A stretch of DNA of 64,000 bases from Sulfurimonas sp. (GTDB lineage Bacteria; Campylobacterota; Campylobacteria; Campylobacterales; Sulfurimonadaceae), in contig JAABQD010000010.1 in assembly GCA_011391635.1 (NCBI GenBank), forward strand, positions 3,059 through 67,058, given 5' to 3'. The notes beneath the pieces were generated by a model. The model did not search any database. It saw only the letters and a list, made by a program, of their open reading frames with translations, and was not told the origin of the DNA. Positions 20,100 through 29,210 of the stretch are shown here, in pieces. Each line of letters starts with the position of its first letter. Within the stretch, counting starts at the first letter, position 1. The position numbers and the translations under genes were made by a program.

Positions 20100-21134
20100 T
20101 TATGCTTCAAATTGCAAATAAATTTCTTTTATTTTTTCTATATTGAGGATAAACAAATCAACTAATTTTGGGTCAAAGTGCTTTGCAGACTCTTTTTTTA
20201 AAAATTCCACTGTATCTTCAAAACTCCATGGTTTTTTGTAGGGTCTCTCCGATGTAAGGGCATCAAAAACATCAGCGATTGCTGTAATACGCCCATAGAT
20301 ATGTATTTCATCCCCTTTAAGTCCACTGTAATATCCACTTCCATCATACTTTTCATGATGATGCTTTGCAATAATTGCACCTGCTTGAAGGTAAGGATTT
20401 TTACTATTTTTTAAAATTTCATACCCTATGGATGAATGCGTTTTCATAGTTGTATATTCATCATCTTCCAATTTTGCAGGTTTAAGCAAAATCGCATCTC
20501 GTATTCCAACTTTACCAATATCATGCAAAGGTGAAGCGAAGAATAGAATATCTTGCTCCTCTGTACTGAGTCCATACTCCTTGGCAAGAAGTCTTGAATA
20601 ATGAGCAACTCTGGAGATATGACTTCCTGTCTCAGGATCTCTGTACTCAGCTAACCTTGAGATAACTTGCAAAGCTTCATGTTCTCTTTCAACAAGCTCA
20701 GCAGTAGCTTTTTTCACCTCTTCTTGCAACTTAACATTAAAATTTTTCAATTCAAGCTTTAATTGAATAATTTTTGTAAAACTTCTAATCTTCGCTTCCA
20801 ATTGAGCTACATCTACCGGTTTTGTTAAAAAATCTGTTGCACCTGCTTCTAATGCTTCTAGTTTCAATGCATGATCATCATCGATAGCTGTAACCATGAT
20901 AGGAATCAACTCTTCTTGCAAGATTAATGCTTCTTTAATAAGTTCGACCCCATTCATCTCGGGCATCATATAATCAACAAACATTAAATCAACTCTATTT
21001 TGCCTGATATACTCTAAAGCTTCTAAAGGGTCTTGAAAGCTTTGAACGGCAACACCCATCTCTTTTGCTATCTCTTCAATGAGAATTAAATTCATAAGAG
21101 TGTCATCAACAGATATTATTTTATATTGATACAT
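20100..21134 (-). CDS. REC-HD-GYP response regulator / c-di-GMP phosphodiesterase
   Basis: VDYMMPEMNG, RDPETGSH, LHDIGKVG, HHEKYDGSGY, RPYK. Confidence 0.92.
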   Translation of the reverse strand: MYQYKIISVDDTLMNLILIEEIAKEMGVAVQSFQDPLEALEYIRQNRVDLMFVDYMMPEMNGVELIKEALILQEELIPIMVTAIDDDHALKLEALEAGATDFLTKPVDVAQLEAKIRSFTKIIQLKLELKNFNVKLQEEVKKATAELVEREHEALQVISRLAEYRDPETGSHISRVAHYSRLLAKEYGLSTEEQDILFFASPLHDIGKVGIRDAILLKPAKLEDDEYTTMKTHSSIGYEILKNSKNPYLQAGAIIAKHHHEKYDGSGYYSGLKGDEIHIYGRITAIADVFDALTSERPYKKPWSFEDTVEFLKKESAKHFDPKLVDLFILNIEKIKEIYLQFEA

Positions 21135-21241
21135 GAAATTCCTTACTTCTTAGGTAATGCTACAAAGTATAAATATATCCAACTTAATTGTTGTTTAACG
21201 CCCAAAAAAGTACCTACGATTTATTTCACACTTTTCTTTAG

Positions 21242-21268
21242 TAAAACTATTGTATAATCTGTCGATAT
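21242..21268 (+). promoter_or_regulatory. Putative sigma28 promoter of motAB with an embedded sigma70 -10 box
   Basis: TAAA-N15-GTCGATAT; TATAAT at 21253-21258 inside the spacer. Confidence 0.5.
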
Positions 21269-21349
21269 TAGTTTTTCAGAAAAAGTAAAGAAGAGCCTAG
21301 AGATTTATTAAACAATAGAGTTTATACATCTTGAAGTAAAAGGAGTTAT

Positions 21350-22120
21350 ATGGATTTAACGGTTATTTTGGGAATACTTGGAGCAATTGCCAGTATTTCT
21401 ACCGGAGACATAATAGATGGTGGAAATCCTGTACATATTCTTCACATTGCTTCTTTTATTATTATTTTTCCTACTTCTATGCTCGCTGCTATGGTAAGTA
21501 CTGACGGCGAATATGTAAGTGGTGCATTCAAAAATCTTGGTATGGTTTTCAAAAAAAGCCCTATTGACTTACATGCAAGAATTAAAGAGATTATTGAACT
21601 CTCTACATTGGCACGCCGTGATGGACTCCTCTCACTCGAACAAAAAGTATCACAACTCGATAGTGAATTTCTCAAACAAGGTTTGAGTATGGCAGTCGAT
21701 GGGAATGAAGTCGATACTATAATCGAAACACTTGAGTTAGTTGTTGAAGAGACGGAAGAGTATTGGCATGGTTGTGCTCACTACTGGATTCTCGCAGGTG
21801 AAACTTCTCCCGTTATGGGACTCATCGGGGCGGTTTTGGGTCTCATCCTTGCACTCCAAAAACTAGACGATCCTCCTGCAATGGCACAAGGTATTGCCGG
21901 TGCGTTTACGGCAACTGTTACAGGAATTTTCTCGGCTTATGTTGTTATGGGTCCATTTGGAAACAAAATGAAAGCAAAATCACATCATATAGTTAAAGAG
22001 CAAAAGTTGATGTTAGAAGGAATTATCGGAATTGTAAATGGCGATAATCCTCGTAATCTTGAAGCAAAACTACTTAATTTCCTCTCTCCTGCAGAAGAAA
22101 AACATAGTCAGTTTAATTAA
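21350..22120 (+). CDS. motA: Flagellar stator MotA
   Basis: ARRDGLLSLE, GETSPVMGLIGAVLGL, AGAFTATVTGI. Confidence 0.95.
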   Translation: MDLTVILGILGAIASISTGDIIDGGNPVHILHIASFIIIFPTSMLAAMVSTDGEYVSGAFKNLGMVFKKSPIDLHARIKEIIELSTLARRDGLLSLEQKVSQLDSEFLKQGLSMAVDGNEVDTIIETLELVVEETEEYWHGCAHYWILAGETSPVMGLIGAVLGLILALQKLDDPPAMAQGIAGAFTATVTGIFSAYVVMGPFGNKMKAKSHHIVKEQKLMLEGIIGIVNGDNPRNLEAKLLNFLSPAEEKHSQFN

Positions 22121-22132
22121 GTGAGTAGTTAG

Positions 22133-22981
22133 ATGGGCAAGAAAAAAAAGTGTAAGAAAGTTGAATGTCCAGCTGGAGAAAAATGGGCAGTTCCAACAGC
22201 CGACTTTTTTAGTCTCCTTCTAGCACTCTTCATTGCTCTCTTTGCTATTGCATCTGTCAATACAGAAAAAATAAAAGCTGTCAAAGAAGAATTTGTAAAA
22301 ATTTATGATTTTGCTGCTCCACCTGATAGAATGACTCCTGTACAAAATCTCTCACCTGATAGCAAAAAACCAGATCCTGATGCAGAAGGCAAACCTGCTG
22401 GTAAAATGTTGGCTGAAGATGGAGGTTCACTTTTCGTAGGCGAAGAGAAACAACCGCAACAAGCGAAAGATGCAATAAGCAAAATCCAACAGGAGATGCA
22501 AAAAGCAGCTGCTGGTTCAGATGGACCGCTTGATCAAGCAATGGATGGAGTTCTTCTAAAACTTCCTATTTCTATCCCTTTTAAAGGTGCAGAAGTTACT
22601 ATTGATAATGAAGAGTTACATCTATTTATTCGCCGTGCTGCATATATTATCAATGCTCTTCCAGCCAATGTAGATATCTCTGTTCGTGGTTACACAGATG
22701 ATAAACCAGTTGCAAAAGATTCTGCTTTTTCAAGCAATATTGAATTATCAGCTAAACGAGCAGATACAGTAATGAAAGAATTGATTGTGAATGGTGTCAA
22801 TGCAGAGCGTCTCTCAACTGCTGGATTTGGCTCAGCAAAACCGATAGCACCAAACTCTACAGAAGAAAATCGAGCTAAAAATAGACGCGTAGAACTCTAT
22901 ATTTTTATAAATAAAGATATGCCTCTCTCCCAAGAGAAGAAAAGTAATCTCTTAGACGCATTTAGTAAACTTCAAAAGTAA
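22133..22981 (+). CDS. motB: Flagellar stator MotB
   Basis: WAVPTADFFSLLLALFIAL; OmpA domain GYTDD..NIELSAKRA..NRRVE. Confidence 0.95.
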   Translation: MGKKKKCKKVECPAGEKWAVPTADFFSLLLALFIALFAIASVNTEKIKAVKEEFVKIYDFAAPPDRMTPVQNLSPDSKKPDPDAEGKPAGKMLAEDGGSLFVGEEKQPQQAKDAISKIQQEMQKAAAGSDGPLDQAMDGVLLKLPISIPFKGAEVTIDNEELHLFIRRAAYIINALPANVDISVRGYTDDKPVAKDSAFSSNIELSAKRADTVMKELIVNGVNAERLSTAGFGSAKPIAPNSTEENRAKNRRVELYIFINKDMPLSQEKKSNLLDAFSKLQK

Positions 22982-22988
22982 ACTTTTT

Positions 22989-23020
22989 ATTTCCACATGC
23001 CAATTATGGCATGTGGAAAT
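22989..23020. terminator. Inverted pair of the 13-mer between convergent motB and groEL
   Basis: 14-bp perfect stem ATTTCCACATGCCA-atta-TGGCATGTGGAAAT. Confidence 0.7.
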
Positions 23021-23022
23021 GA

Positions 23023-24651
23023 TTACATCATTCCTGGCATTCCGCCCATTCCACCGCCCATATCTGAAGCAGGTTTCTCTTCCGGAATTTCAAAAATAGC
23101 AGCTTCCGTTGTCAAAAGTAAACTTGAAACAGAAGTAGCATTGAGAAGTGCAACTCTTGCTACTTTAAGTGGGTCAATAATTCCCGCTTCAAACATATCA
23201 ACATATTCGCCCGTAGCTGCATTAAAGCCAATATTTTCATTTGTAGCACTCTCCACTGCATTGACTACAACACCTGTGTCATACCCAGCATTTTGAGCGA
23301 TTTGTTTCATCGGAGCTTTGACCGCACGAAGAATAATTTCGCAACCGATTTTTTGATCACCCGATAAATCAAGGTTTACTTTCGCAGCAGCACGGACTAA
23401 AGCCGCTCCACCACCGATAATAATTCCCTCTTCTACCGCTGCTTTCGTAGCTGATAAAGCGTCATCCACACGGTCTTTTCTCTCTTTCATTTCTGTTTCA
23501 GTTGCAGCACCTACTTTGATAACCGCTACACCGCCACTAAGTTTTGCTAGTCGTTCTTGAAGTTTCTCTTTATCATACTCAGAAGAGGTCGCATCGATTT
23601 GCACTTTGATTTCAGCGATTCTTGCTTTTACAGCTGCTTCATCTCCTGCACCATTGACGATAACCGTCGTATCTTTATCGAGAATAATACGAGACGCTTG
23701 TCCTAACATCTGAAGATTTGCACCCTCTAGTGTGTGTCCTGTCTCTTCTGAAACAACTGTACCACGCGTTAAAATTGCTATATCTTGAAGCATTGCTTTT
23801 CTTCTATCACCAAAACCTGGGGCTTTGACTGCAGAAATATTTAAAACGCCTCGAAGTTTATTTACAACCAAAGTTGAGAGTGCTTCTCCCTCTACATCTT
23901 CAGCAATGATGAGAAGTGGACGAGAAGTTTTCTGAACTTGCTCCAATACTGGAAGTAAATCTTTAAGAGATGAAATTTTACTGTCCACAAGTAAAATCCA
24001 AGGATTTTCTATCTCAGCTATCATTTTTTCAGGATTTGTGATGAAATATGGGCTTAAATAGCCACGGTCAAATTGCATTCCTTCAACAACTGTTAGCTCA
24101 TCCGAAATACCTTTTGCTTCCTCAACCGTAATCACACCGTCCTGTCCAACTTTGTCCATAGCTTCAGCAATCATATCGCCAATAGCCGTGTCTGAGTTTG
24201 CAGAGATAGTTGCAACTTGTGCTATATCTTTTTTGCCGTTGACTGCTTTAGAAGCTGTTTTTAGGTTTGCTAAAATCGCCTCACACGCTTTATCCATACC
24301 GCGTTTTACTTCAACTGGATTTGCTCCAGCAGTGATGTTTCTAAGACCTTCAGAAAAAATCGCATTTGCTAAAACCGTAGCTGTTGTCGTGCCATCTCCT
24401 GCTTCATCCGCAGTGTTTGAAGCAACCTGTTTTACAAGTTGTGCACCCATGTCTTCAAGTTTGTCTTTAAGTTCAATCTCTCTTGCAACTGTCACACCAT
24501 CTTTTGTGATTATTGGTGAGCCGTAACTTTTTTGAATCAAAACATTACGACCGCGAGGTCCCATTGTCACTTTTACTGCATCTGTTAGTTTTGCAACTCC
24601 ACGAGCTAATGCGTTTCTTGCATTATCTGAAAATATTATCTCTTTTGCCAT
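23023..24651 (-). CDS. groL: Chaperonin GroEL
   Basis: [31 protein letters not shown] tail. Confidence 0.99.
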   Translation of the reverse strand: MAKEIIFSDNARNALARGVAKLTDAVKVTMGPRGRNVLIQKSYGSPIITKDGVTVAREIELKDKLEDMGAQLVKQVASNTADEAGDGTTTATVLANAIFSEGLRNITAGANPVEVKRGMDKACEAILANLKTASKAVNGKKDIAQVATISANSDTAIGDMIAEAMDKVGQDGVITVEEAKGISDELTVVEGMQFDRGYLSPYFITNPEKMIAEIENPWILLVDSKISSLKDLLPVLEQVQKTSRPLLIIAEDVEGEALSTLVVNKLRGVLNISAVKAPGFGDRRKAMLQDIAILTRGTVVSEETGHTLEGANLQMLGQASRIILDKDTTVIVNGAGDEAAVKARIAEIKVQIDATSSEYDKEKLQERLAKLSGGVAVIKVGAATETEMKERKDRVDDALSATKAAVEEGIIIGGGAALVRAAAKVNLDLSGDQKIGCEIILRAVKAPMKQIAQNAGYDTGVVVNAVESATNENIGFNAATGEYVDMFEAGIIDPLKVARVALLNATSVSSLLLTTEAAIFEIPEEKPASDMGGGMGGMPGMM

Positions 24652-24657
24652 GATTAA

Positions 24658-24918
24658 TTATCCTATTATTCCAAAAATATCATCAGTTTCTAAAACTAAA
24701 AATTTATCCGTACCAAGTGAAACTTCATTGCCTGAATATTTTCCAAACAACACAACATTTCCACATGCCAAATCAGTAACCTCTTTACTCACTGCAATTA
24801 CTTCACCGCGAGATGGCTTCTCTTGTGCATTATCAGGAATTATAATCCCCGAACTAGTAGTATTTGCTTCTTCTAGTCTTTTAACTAGAACTCTTTTTCC
24901 TAACGGCTGAAAGTTCAT
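24658..24918 (-). CDS. groS: Co-chaperonin GroES
   Basis: [23 protein letters not shown]. Confidence 0.96.
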   Translation of the reverse strand: MNFQPLGKRVLVKRLEEANTTSSGIIIPDNAQEKPSRGEVIAVSKEVTDLACGNVVLFGKYSGNEVSLGTDKFLVLETDDIFGIIG

Positions 24919-24954
24919 ATAAGCTCCTTGTAATCATATAATTTATGAAAGGGA

Positions 24955-24983
24955 ATAGTACAAAAAAAAAGTAACAAAGTCAA
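24955..24983 (-). promoter_or_regulatory. Sigma70 promoter of groESL
   Basis: Minus-strand TTGACT-N17-TACTAT. Confidence 0.7.
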
Positions 24984-24988
24984 TGCAA

Positions 24989-25009
24989 CCTTAGTCTGTA
25001 TGACTAAAG
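24989..25009. promoter_or_regulatory. HAIR-like (HspR) operator upstream of groESL
   Basis: CCTTAGT-N7-ACTAAAG near-perfect inverted repeat just upstream of the -35 box. Confidence 0.55.
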
Positions 25010-25086
25010 TTTATTTATATAAACAACTAAAGAATATTAAATGACTTTACTAAATATACCATCAAATAAATATTTATATCATCTAC

Positions 25087-26859
25087 TTATTTGGTAGGTT
25101 GTGTGCCTTCAACTTGCTTTGTTGCAAGAACTGACTTAACAGCATCTGCAACTACTCTTGGCATAGCATTTTTCATTAAAAGTTTGCTTATTGTATAAGC
25201 ACTCGAATTTGTTCTTGGCTTACTACCTACAAGTACAATTTTTGGTTTCAGAAGAACATTATTATGATAAATATTTAAAAAAGTTTCTGCATTTGTTTTT
25301 TGCAACATATCTTCTAAAATCAAAACTTTTACACTATTTTTCATCGCCCATTTAATCGCCTCTTTTTCATCCACAAAAGATTTCACATCATACGATTTAT
25401 CTACATTTTTTATTGCAGATTCATACTCCATCGCCTCTTGAAATGAGCTTGTAATGACTAAAATATACTCTTTTTGTATGGAAACAAGATAATCATATAA
25501 TTCAAAAAGTTTTTTTGTATCTTCCGAAGCTTTTGTAGCGTCGAGTGTATCAAGATAATATTTTAAATATGTTTTTGTATTTAATTCTCCGTCAATTGAT
25601 GACTTTTTAAAGTGTGCTTTGACTGATTTGGAGACCTTCGCTTGTTGCCACAACTGAGCATCGACTATGTAAGCTTGAGCATCCAAAATTTCTAAAATAT
25701 CCCTTTTATGCTTTTTTGCTTCGACTGCAAAAATATCATAAAAATCCTCTTTATACTCTTTTTCAAAGTTATGAAGCAACATCAAATCATGTTTATATCG
25801 TGCATCAAGCTCCGCCATCATATGAACAACATCTACATAATTTCCATTGAGGGATTTCATCTCCGCTTTTAATGCATTAAATTCTGCACTTTTAATGTTT
25901 TTATCCAGTTCCTCTTTTTTAACTCTTAATATTCCACCAATAATTTCTTCATTCGTTCTAAGCTGATTTAGCTTTTGTATGATTTTTTCAGTAGCTTCTC
26001 GAATTTTTAAATATTCAGCTTGACAAGATAAAAACACTTCCTCATATGCGAGATGTGGATGTCTAATTTTTCTTGAGAAATCATCATATACACCACCCAT
26101 AACTTTTAAATCATCACTCAAAGTTTTAATTTTTGGAGTTATGATATGCAAATCTATTTCGCTTAAATTATTAAAAGTAGTCCACAAAAATCTTCTGATA
26201 ACTAAATAATTTAATCTTCCTTCGACTTTTTTATAACTTATTCTACGATTTATATGCTGATCTATCATTTTAAAATAGTTAGCAACAGCCATATGTAAAT
26301 TTAAAGTAACTGTTATACTCTCTTCTCGTGGAGGAATTTCATCTACAGGATTCTCCAAAATTTCAATATCATCTCTTTTTTCGAAATGTTCTTCTACTTG
26401 CCCAGTTGCACTTGTAGGTTCTAAAGGCTCACTATCATCTTTGGACTCAGGATACTCTTGCACATGCTGATTTGAATCATCAGAAATTACTTCATCGATA
26501 CTCTCTTGATTTTCTTCTATAAACTGTTCAGACGCACTACCATCATCAATATCATCCGCAATCTGACTAAGATCGGGAATGCTATATGTTGCCGCAGTCT
26601 CAGTAATTACTGGCGTATTACTTATAAGCTCCTCTTTTTCACTAGCGACGATTTCCTGAGGAACATCACTTATTTTTGCAATAATATCACATGCCATACC
26701 ATCTTTTTTTTCAAAAACGACAAGTAAACCAGTAGATGGCATAACATCAAAGTCATTCCATTCATGAACATTAAACTCGATTTTCTCTTTTTGAGAAGTA
26801 ATTAATATACCCTTTCCATCTGTCTGATTAAAAAAGAGAACTTTTCCATATGTTTTCAT
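25087..26859 (-). CDS. Hypothetical protein: cold-shock-like OB N-terminus, acidic linker, coiled coil, receiver-like C-terminus
   Basis: GKVLFFNQTDGKGIL; long helical middle; VKVLILED near the C-terminus. Confidence 0.6.
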   Translation of the reverse strand: MKTYGKVLFFNQTDGKGILITSQKEKIEFNVHEWNDFDVMPSTGLLVVFEKKDGMACDIIAKISDVPQEIVASEKEELISNTPVITETAATYSIPDLSQIADDIDDGSASEQFIEENQESIDEVISDDSNQHVQEYPESKDDSEPLEPTSATGQVEEHFEKRDDIEILENPVDEIPPREESITVTLNLHMAVANYFKMIDQHINRRISYKKVEGRLNYLVIRRFLWTTFNNLSEIDLHIITPKIKTLSDDLKVMGGVYDDFSRKIRHPHLAYEEVFLSCQAEYLKIREATEKIIQKLNQLRTNEEIIGGILRVKKEELDKNIKSAEFNALKAEMKSLNGNYVDVVHMMAELDARYKHDLMLLHNFEKEYKEDFYDIFAVEAKKHKRDILEILDAQAYIVDAQLWQQAKVSKSVKAHFKKSSIDGELNTKTYLKYYLDTLDATKASEDTKKLFELYDYLVSIQKEYILVITSSFQEAMEYESAIKNVDKSYDVKSFVDEKEAIKWAMKNSVKVLILEDMLQKTNAETFLNIYHNNVLLKPKIVLVGSKPRTNSSAYTISKLLMKNAMPRVVADAVKSVLATKQVEGTQPTK

Positions 26860-26976
26860 AAAATTATTATATCTAAGTATTTGATTAAATTATATAAAAA
26901 AGATGCAATTAAAAAATTCAAAAATAAAGCTAAGTAAAAGCTTTGGATAGATATAATTCCAGCCTTCCAAATAAGT

Positions 26977-27053
26977 GTCAGGGTAGCTCAGCTGGTTAGA
27001 GCACTGGTCTCATAAGCCGGGGGTCGGGGGTTCGAGTCCCCCCTCTGACACCA
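26977..27053 (+). tRNA. tRNA with anticodon CAT, non-initiator (elongator Met most likely; Ile2 not excluded)
   Basis: Acceptor GTCAGGG/CTCTGAC, anticodon loop CTCATAA, GGTTCGAGTCC, encoded CCA; TATAAT at 26952. Confidence 0.93.
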
Positions 27054-27114
27054 CTTACAAACATCGTAAAATAGCCACTTTCAAGCAACAAATCAGTACT
27101 ATCGGTTTTCCTAA

Positions 27115-27133
27115 TGTCACCTAAAGTGTCACC
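27115..27133 (+). mobile_element. Possible integrase arm-site / att remnant downstream of the tRNA
   Basis: Direct repeat TGTCACC twice at 12-bp spacing, followed by accessory genes. Confidence 0.35.
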
Positions 27134-27284
27134 GTATAAATTTACTCGTTTTTAGAATTGACGTTTCAAAAAAACAATGTGCCTGATAACCAGTAAAGTT
27201 TTGAATTAAATTACATGCTGAAACGCTGAAACGAAGTATTTAGAGTATGTTACAATTACAAAATTAAAATAAAGGATTGAAAAA

Positions 27285-27530
27285 ATGCATTCTTTAAGAT
27301 TAAATGTAGATGATGGCTTTTATAGCCAATTGCTATCGTTTTTAAATCAAAATCACACTCAAGTTAATATCGTTGAAGATGTAGAAGATGATGGTTATCC
27401 TGCAATTTCTAAAAATGAGGCAAGACAAAGAGTTACCCAAGCTGTAGAAGAATATAGAAGTGGTAAGATGAAAACAGTACCCTATGGTCAAGGTATGGAT
27501 GAAATTGACAATTGGCTAAATAGCCTTTAA
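27285..27530 (+). CDS. Putative antitoxin
   Basis: 81 aa, acidic, immediately upstream of a RelE/ParE-like gene. Confidence 0.65.
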   Translation: MHSLRLNVDDGFYSQLLSFLNQNHTQVNIVEDVEDDGYPAISKNEARQRVTQAVEEYRSGKMKTVPYGQGMDEIDNWLNSL

Positions 27531-27534
27531 CTCA

Positions 27535-27807
27535 ATGATAATAAACAAAAACCCCTCTTTCAATAATAAACTTTTTTCAATACTGAAGTTCATCGCTATC
27601 AATAATCCTGCTAATGCCAAAAGATTTAAAATAGAGCTAGATAAAAAAATAACAGATTTAATAAATATGCCTTTGAAAAACAGACAATCAATCCATTATG
27701 ATGATGTCCAAACGAGAGATTTAATTTTTAAAGGCTACACAATTCCTTACTTAGTTGATAATGATGTGATAGTGATTCTTGACATATTTAAATGGGCTAA
27801 CAAGTAA
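27535..27807 (+). CDS. RelE/ParE-family type II toxin
   Basis: 90 aa basic protein; ILKFIA..NPANA..F, RDLIFKGYTIPY. Confidence 0.78.
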   Translation: MIINKNPSFNNKLFSILKFIAINNPANAKRFKIELDKKITDLINMPLKNRQSIHYDDVQTRDLIFKGYTIPYLVDNDVIVILDIFKWANK

Positions 27808-27970
27808 GTGGAAGACGAAGGGCAAAAACTTGCACTTATTTTCAGTAAAAGTACCAATAACAGGATAATATTATTAAATTTACAAGCTAAAATCGGAGTT
27901 AGCTTGACAATCCCTTAAAAAAGTTAGTAATTTGAAGATTAATCTAAAATGCTCGTGCTATAATTTCCAA

Positions 27971-29206
27971 ATGATGATTGTAAAATTTTTGATTTTTACT
28001 ACTGTTTTATGTATGTCAATGCTTAGAGCGGATGATGTTGTGCACCTCAACTATTGGGTGCTTTTTAGTGGTGGTGATGGGCGACCTATGCAACTGATGG
28101 TTGATAAATTTAATGCCTCGAACAAAGATATAAATGTAAAAATGAGAGTAATCAAGTGGGCGGAGTATTACAAAGCACTTAATGAGAGTCTCAATACAAA
28201 AAACTCGCCTGATATTGGTATCATTCATGCGTCTCTTCTGCCATTTTATGTAAATCAAAACTCTTTAGTTGATATAACTCCTTATGATATAGAGTGGAAA
28301 AATCTTCCATCTCATTTATTGGATGCTGTACGATTTGAGAATAAATATTACGCTCTTCCACTCGATATGCATCCACAAGTTTTTTATTTTAATAAAAAAT
28401 ATCTTGCACAAGCACACCTTTTAGATGAGAATTCTCAACCTATGATTGGCAATGGAGTAGATGGATTTATAGCTTTTTTACAAAAACTGCACCAATCTTT
28501 ACCATCAGACACGCTTCCTTTATCTACTCCAAATTCAAATGTTTTACCTTGGTGGCTTTGGTATAGCATTTACACTCAGCAAGAAAATTCTGGGTACATA
28601 GTAAACAATAGAGTTGCATTCAACAATGAAGCAGGAAAAAAAGCTTTTGAGTTTTTTTATAAAATGCGTGAAGCAAAAATTTGGGATGAAGAGATACATG
28701 ATGAGCGAGGATACAACCTCTTCAAATTCAATAAAGCCGCGACTATGATTACAGGTGTATGGGCAACATGGAACTTTCAACAAAACAAAGAACTCGATTT
28801 TGGCGTTACTAAATTTCCAAAACTTTTTGATAAAAATGCAAACTTTGGAGATTCACATACTTTTGCAGTATTAAAAACGGATAATCTTGCCAAACAAAAA
28901 GCTTCCGTTACATTTATCAAGTGGATTTCGGAAAACTCTTTTGATTGGGCATTATCGGGGCAAGTTCCTGCAAATAAACATGTTATAGAAACCCAAGAGT
29001 TCAAAAATTTGCCATTTCGAGAAACTTATGTTCAATCTGCCAATGAGATGGCACTCTACCCTAAAAATCTAAAACTTCAACAATGTAATGAAGCAATGAT
29101 AAAAATTCTCGTAGCATTTCTAAGAAATAACGACTCAGTAGAGGAGACAATGCTCAAAGCTGAAAAAACACTCAATGAGATATTACAACACCCCCTAAAA
29201 AAATAA
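27971..29206 (+). CDS. Carbohydrate-type ABC extracellular solute-binding protein with no adjacent permease (start about 27971)
   Basis: Signal peptide; FSGGDG, PDIGIIH, YALPLD, TGVW, GQVPA. Confidence 0.82.
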   Translation: MMIVKFLIFTTVLCMSMLRADDVVHLNYWVLFSGGDGRPMQLMVDKFNASNKDINVKMRVIKWAEYYKALNESLNTKNSPDIGIIHASLLPFYVNQNSLVDITPYDIEWKNLPSHLLDAVRFENKYYALPLDMHPQVFYFNKKYLAQAHLLDENSQPMIGNGVDGFIAFLQKLHQSLPSDTLPLSTPNSNVLPWWLWYSIYTQQENSGYIVNNRVAFNNEAGKKAFEFFYKMREAKIWDEEIHDERGYNLFKFNKAATMITGVWATWNFQQNKELDFGVTKFPKLFDKNANFGDSHTFAVLKTDNLAKQKASVTFIKWISENSFDWALSGQVPANKHVIETQEFKNLPFRETYVQSANEMALYPKNLKLQQCNEAMIKILVAFLRNNDSVEETMLKAEKTLNEILQHPLKK

Positions 29207-29210
29207 AACT

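Noticed and set aside
23023-23060. GGM repeats at the GroEL C-terminus and the Lys-rich tail of the DEAD-box helicase (29966-30120)
   Set aside because: Ordinary family features.
24962-24970. Homopolymer tracts as phase-variation switches (A9 in the groES promoter spacer; T/A runs in CDSs)
   Set aside because: A/T runs of this length are expected at this composition; no long poly-G/C tracts in the glycosyltransferases and no frameshifted genes seen.
26977-27053. Initiator tRNA-fMet
   Set aside because: It has a paired G1-C72 and lacks the three consecutive G-C pairs in the anticodon stem.
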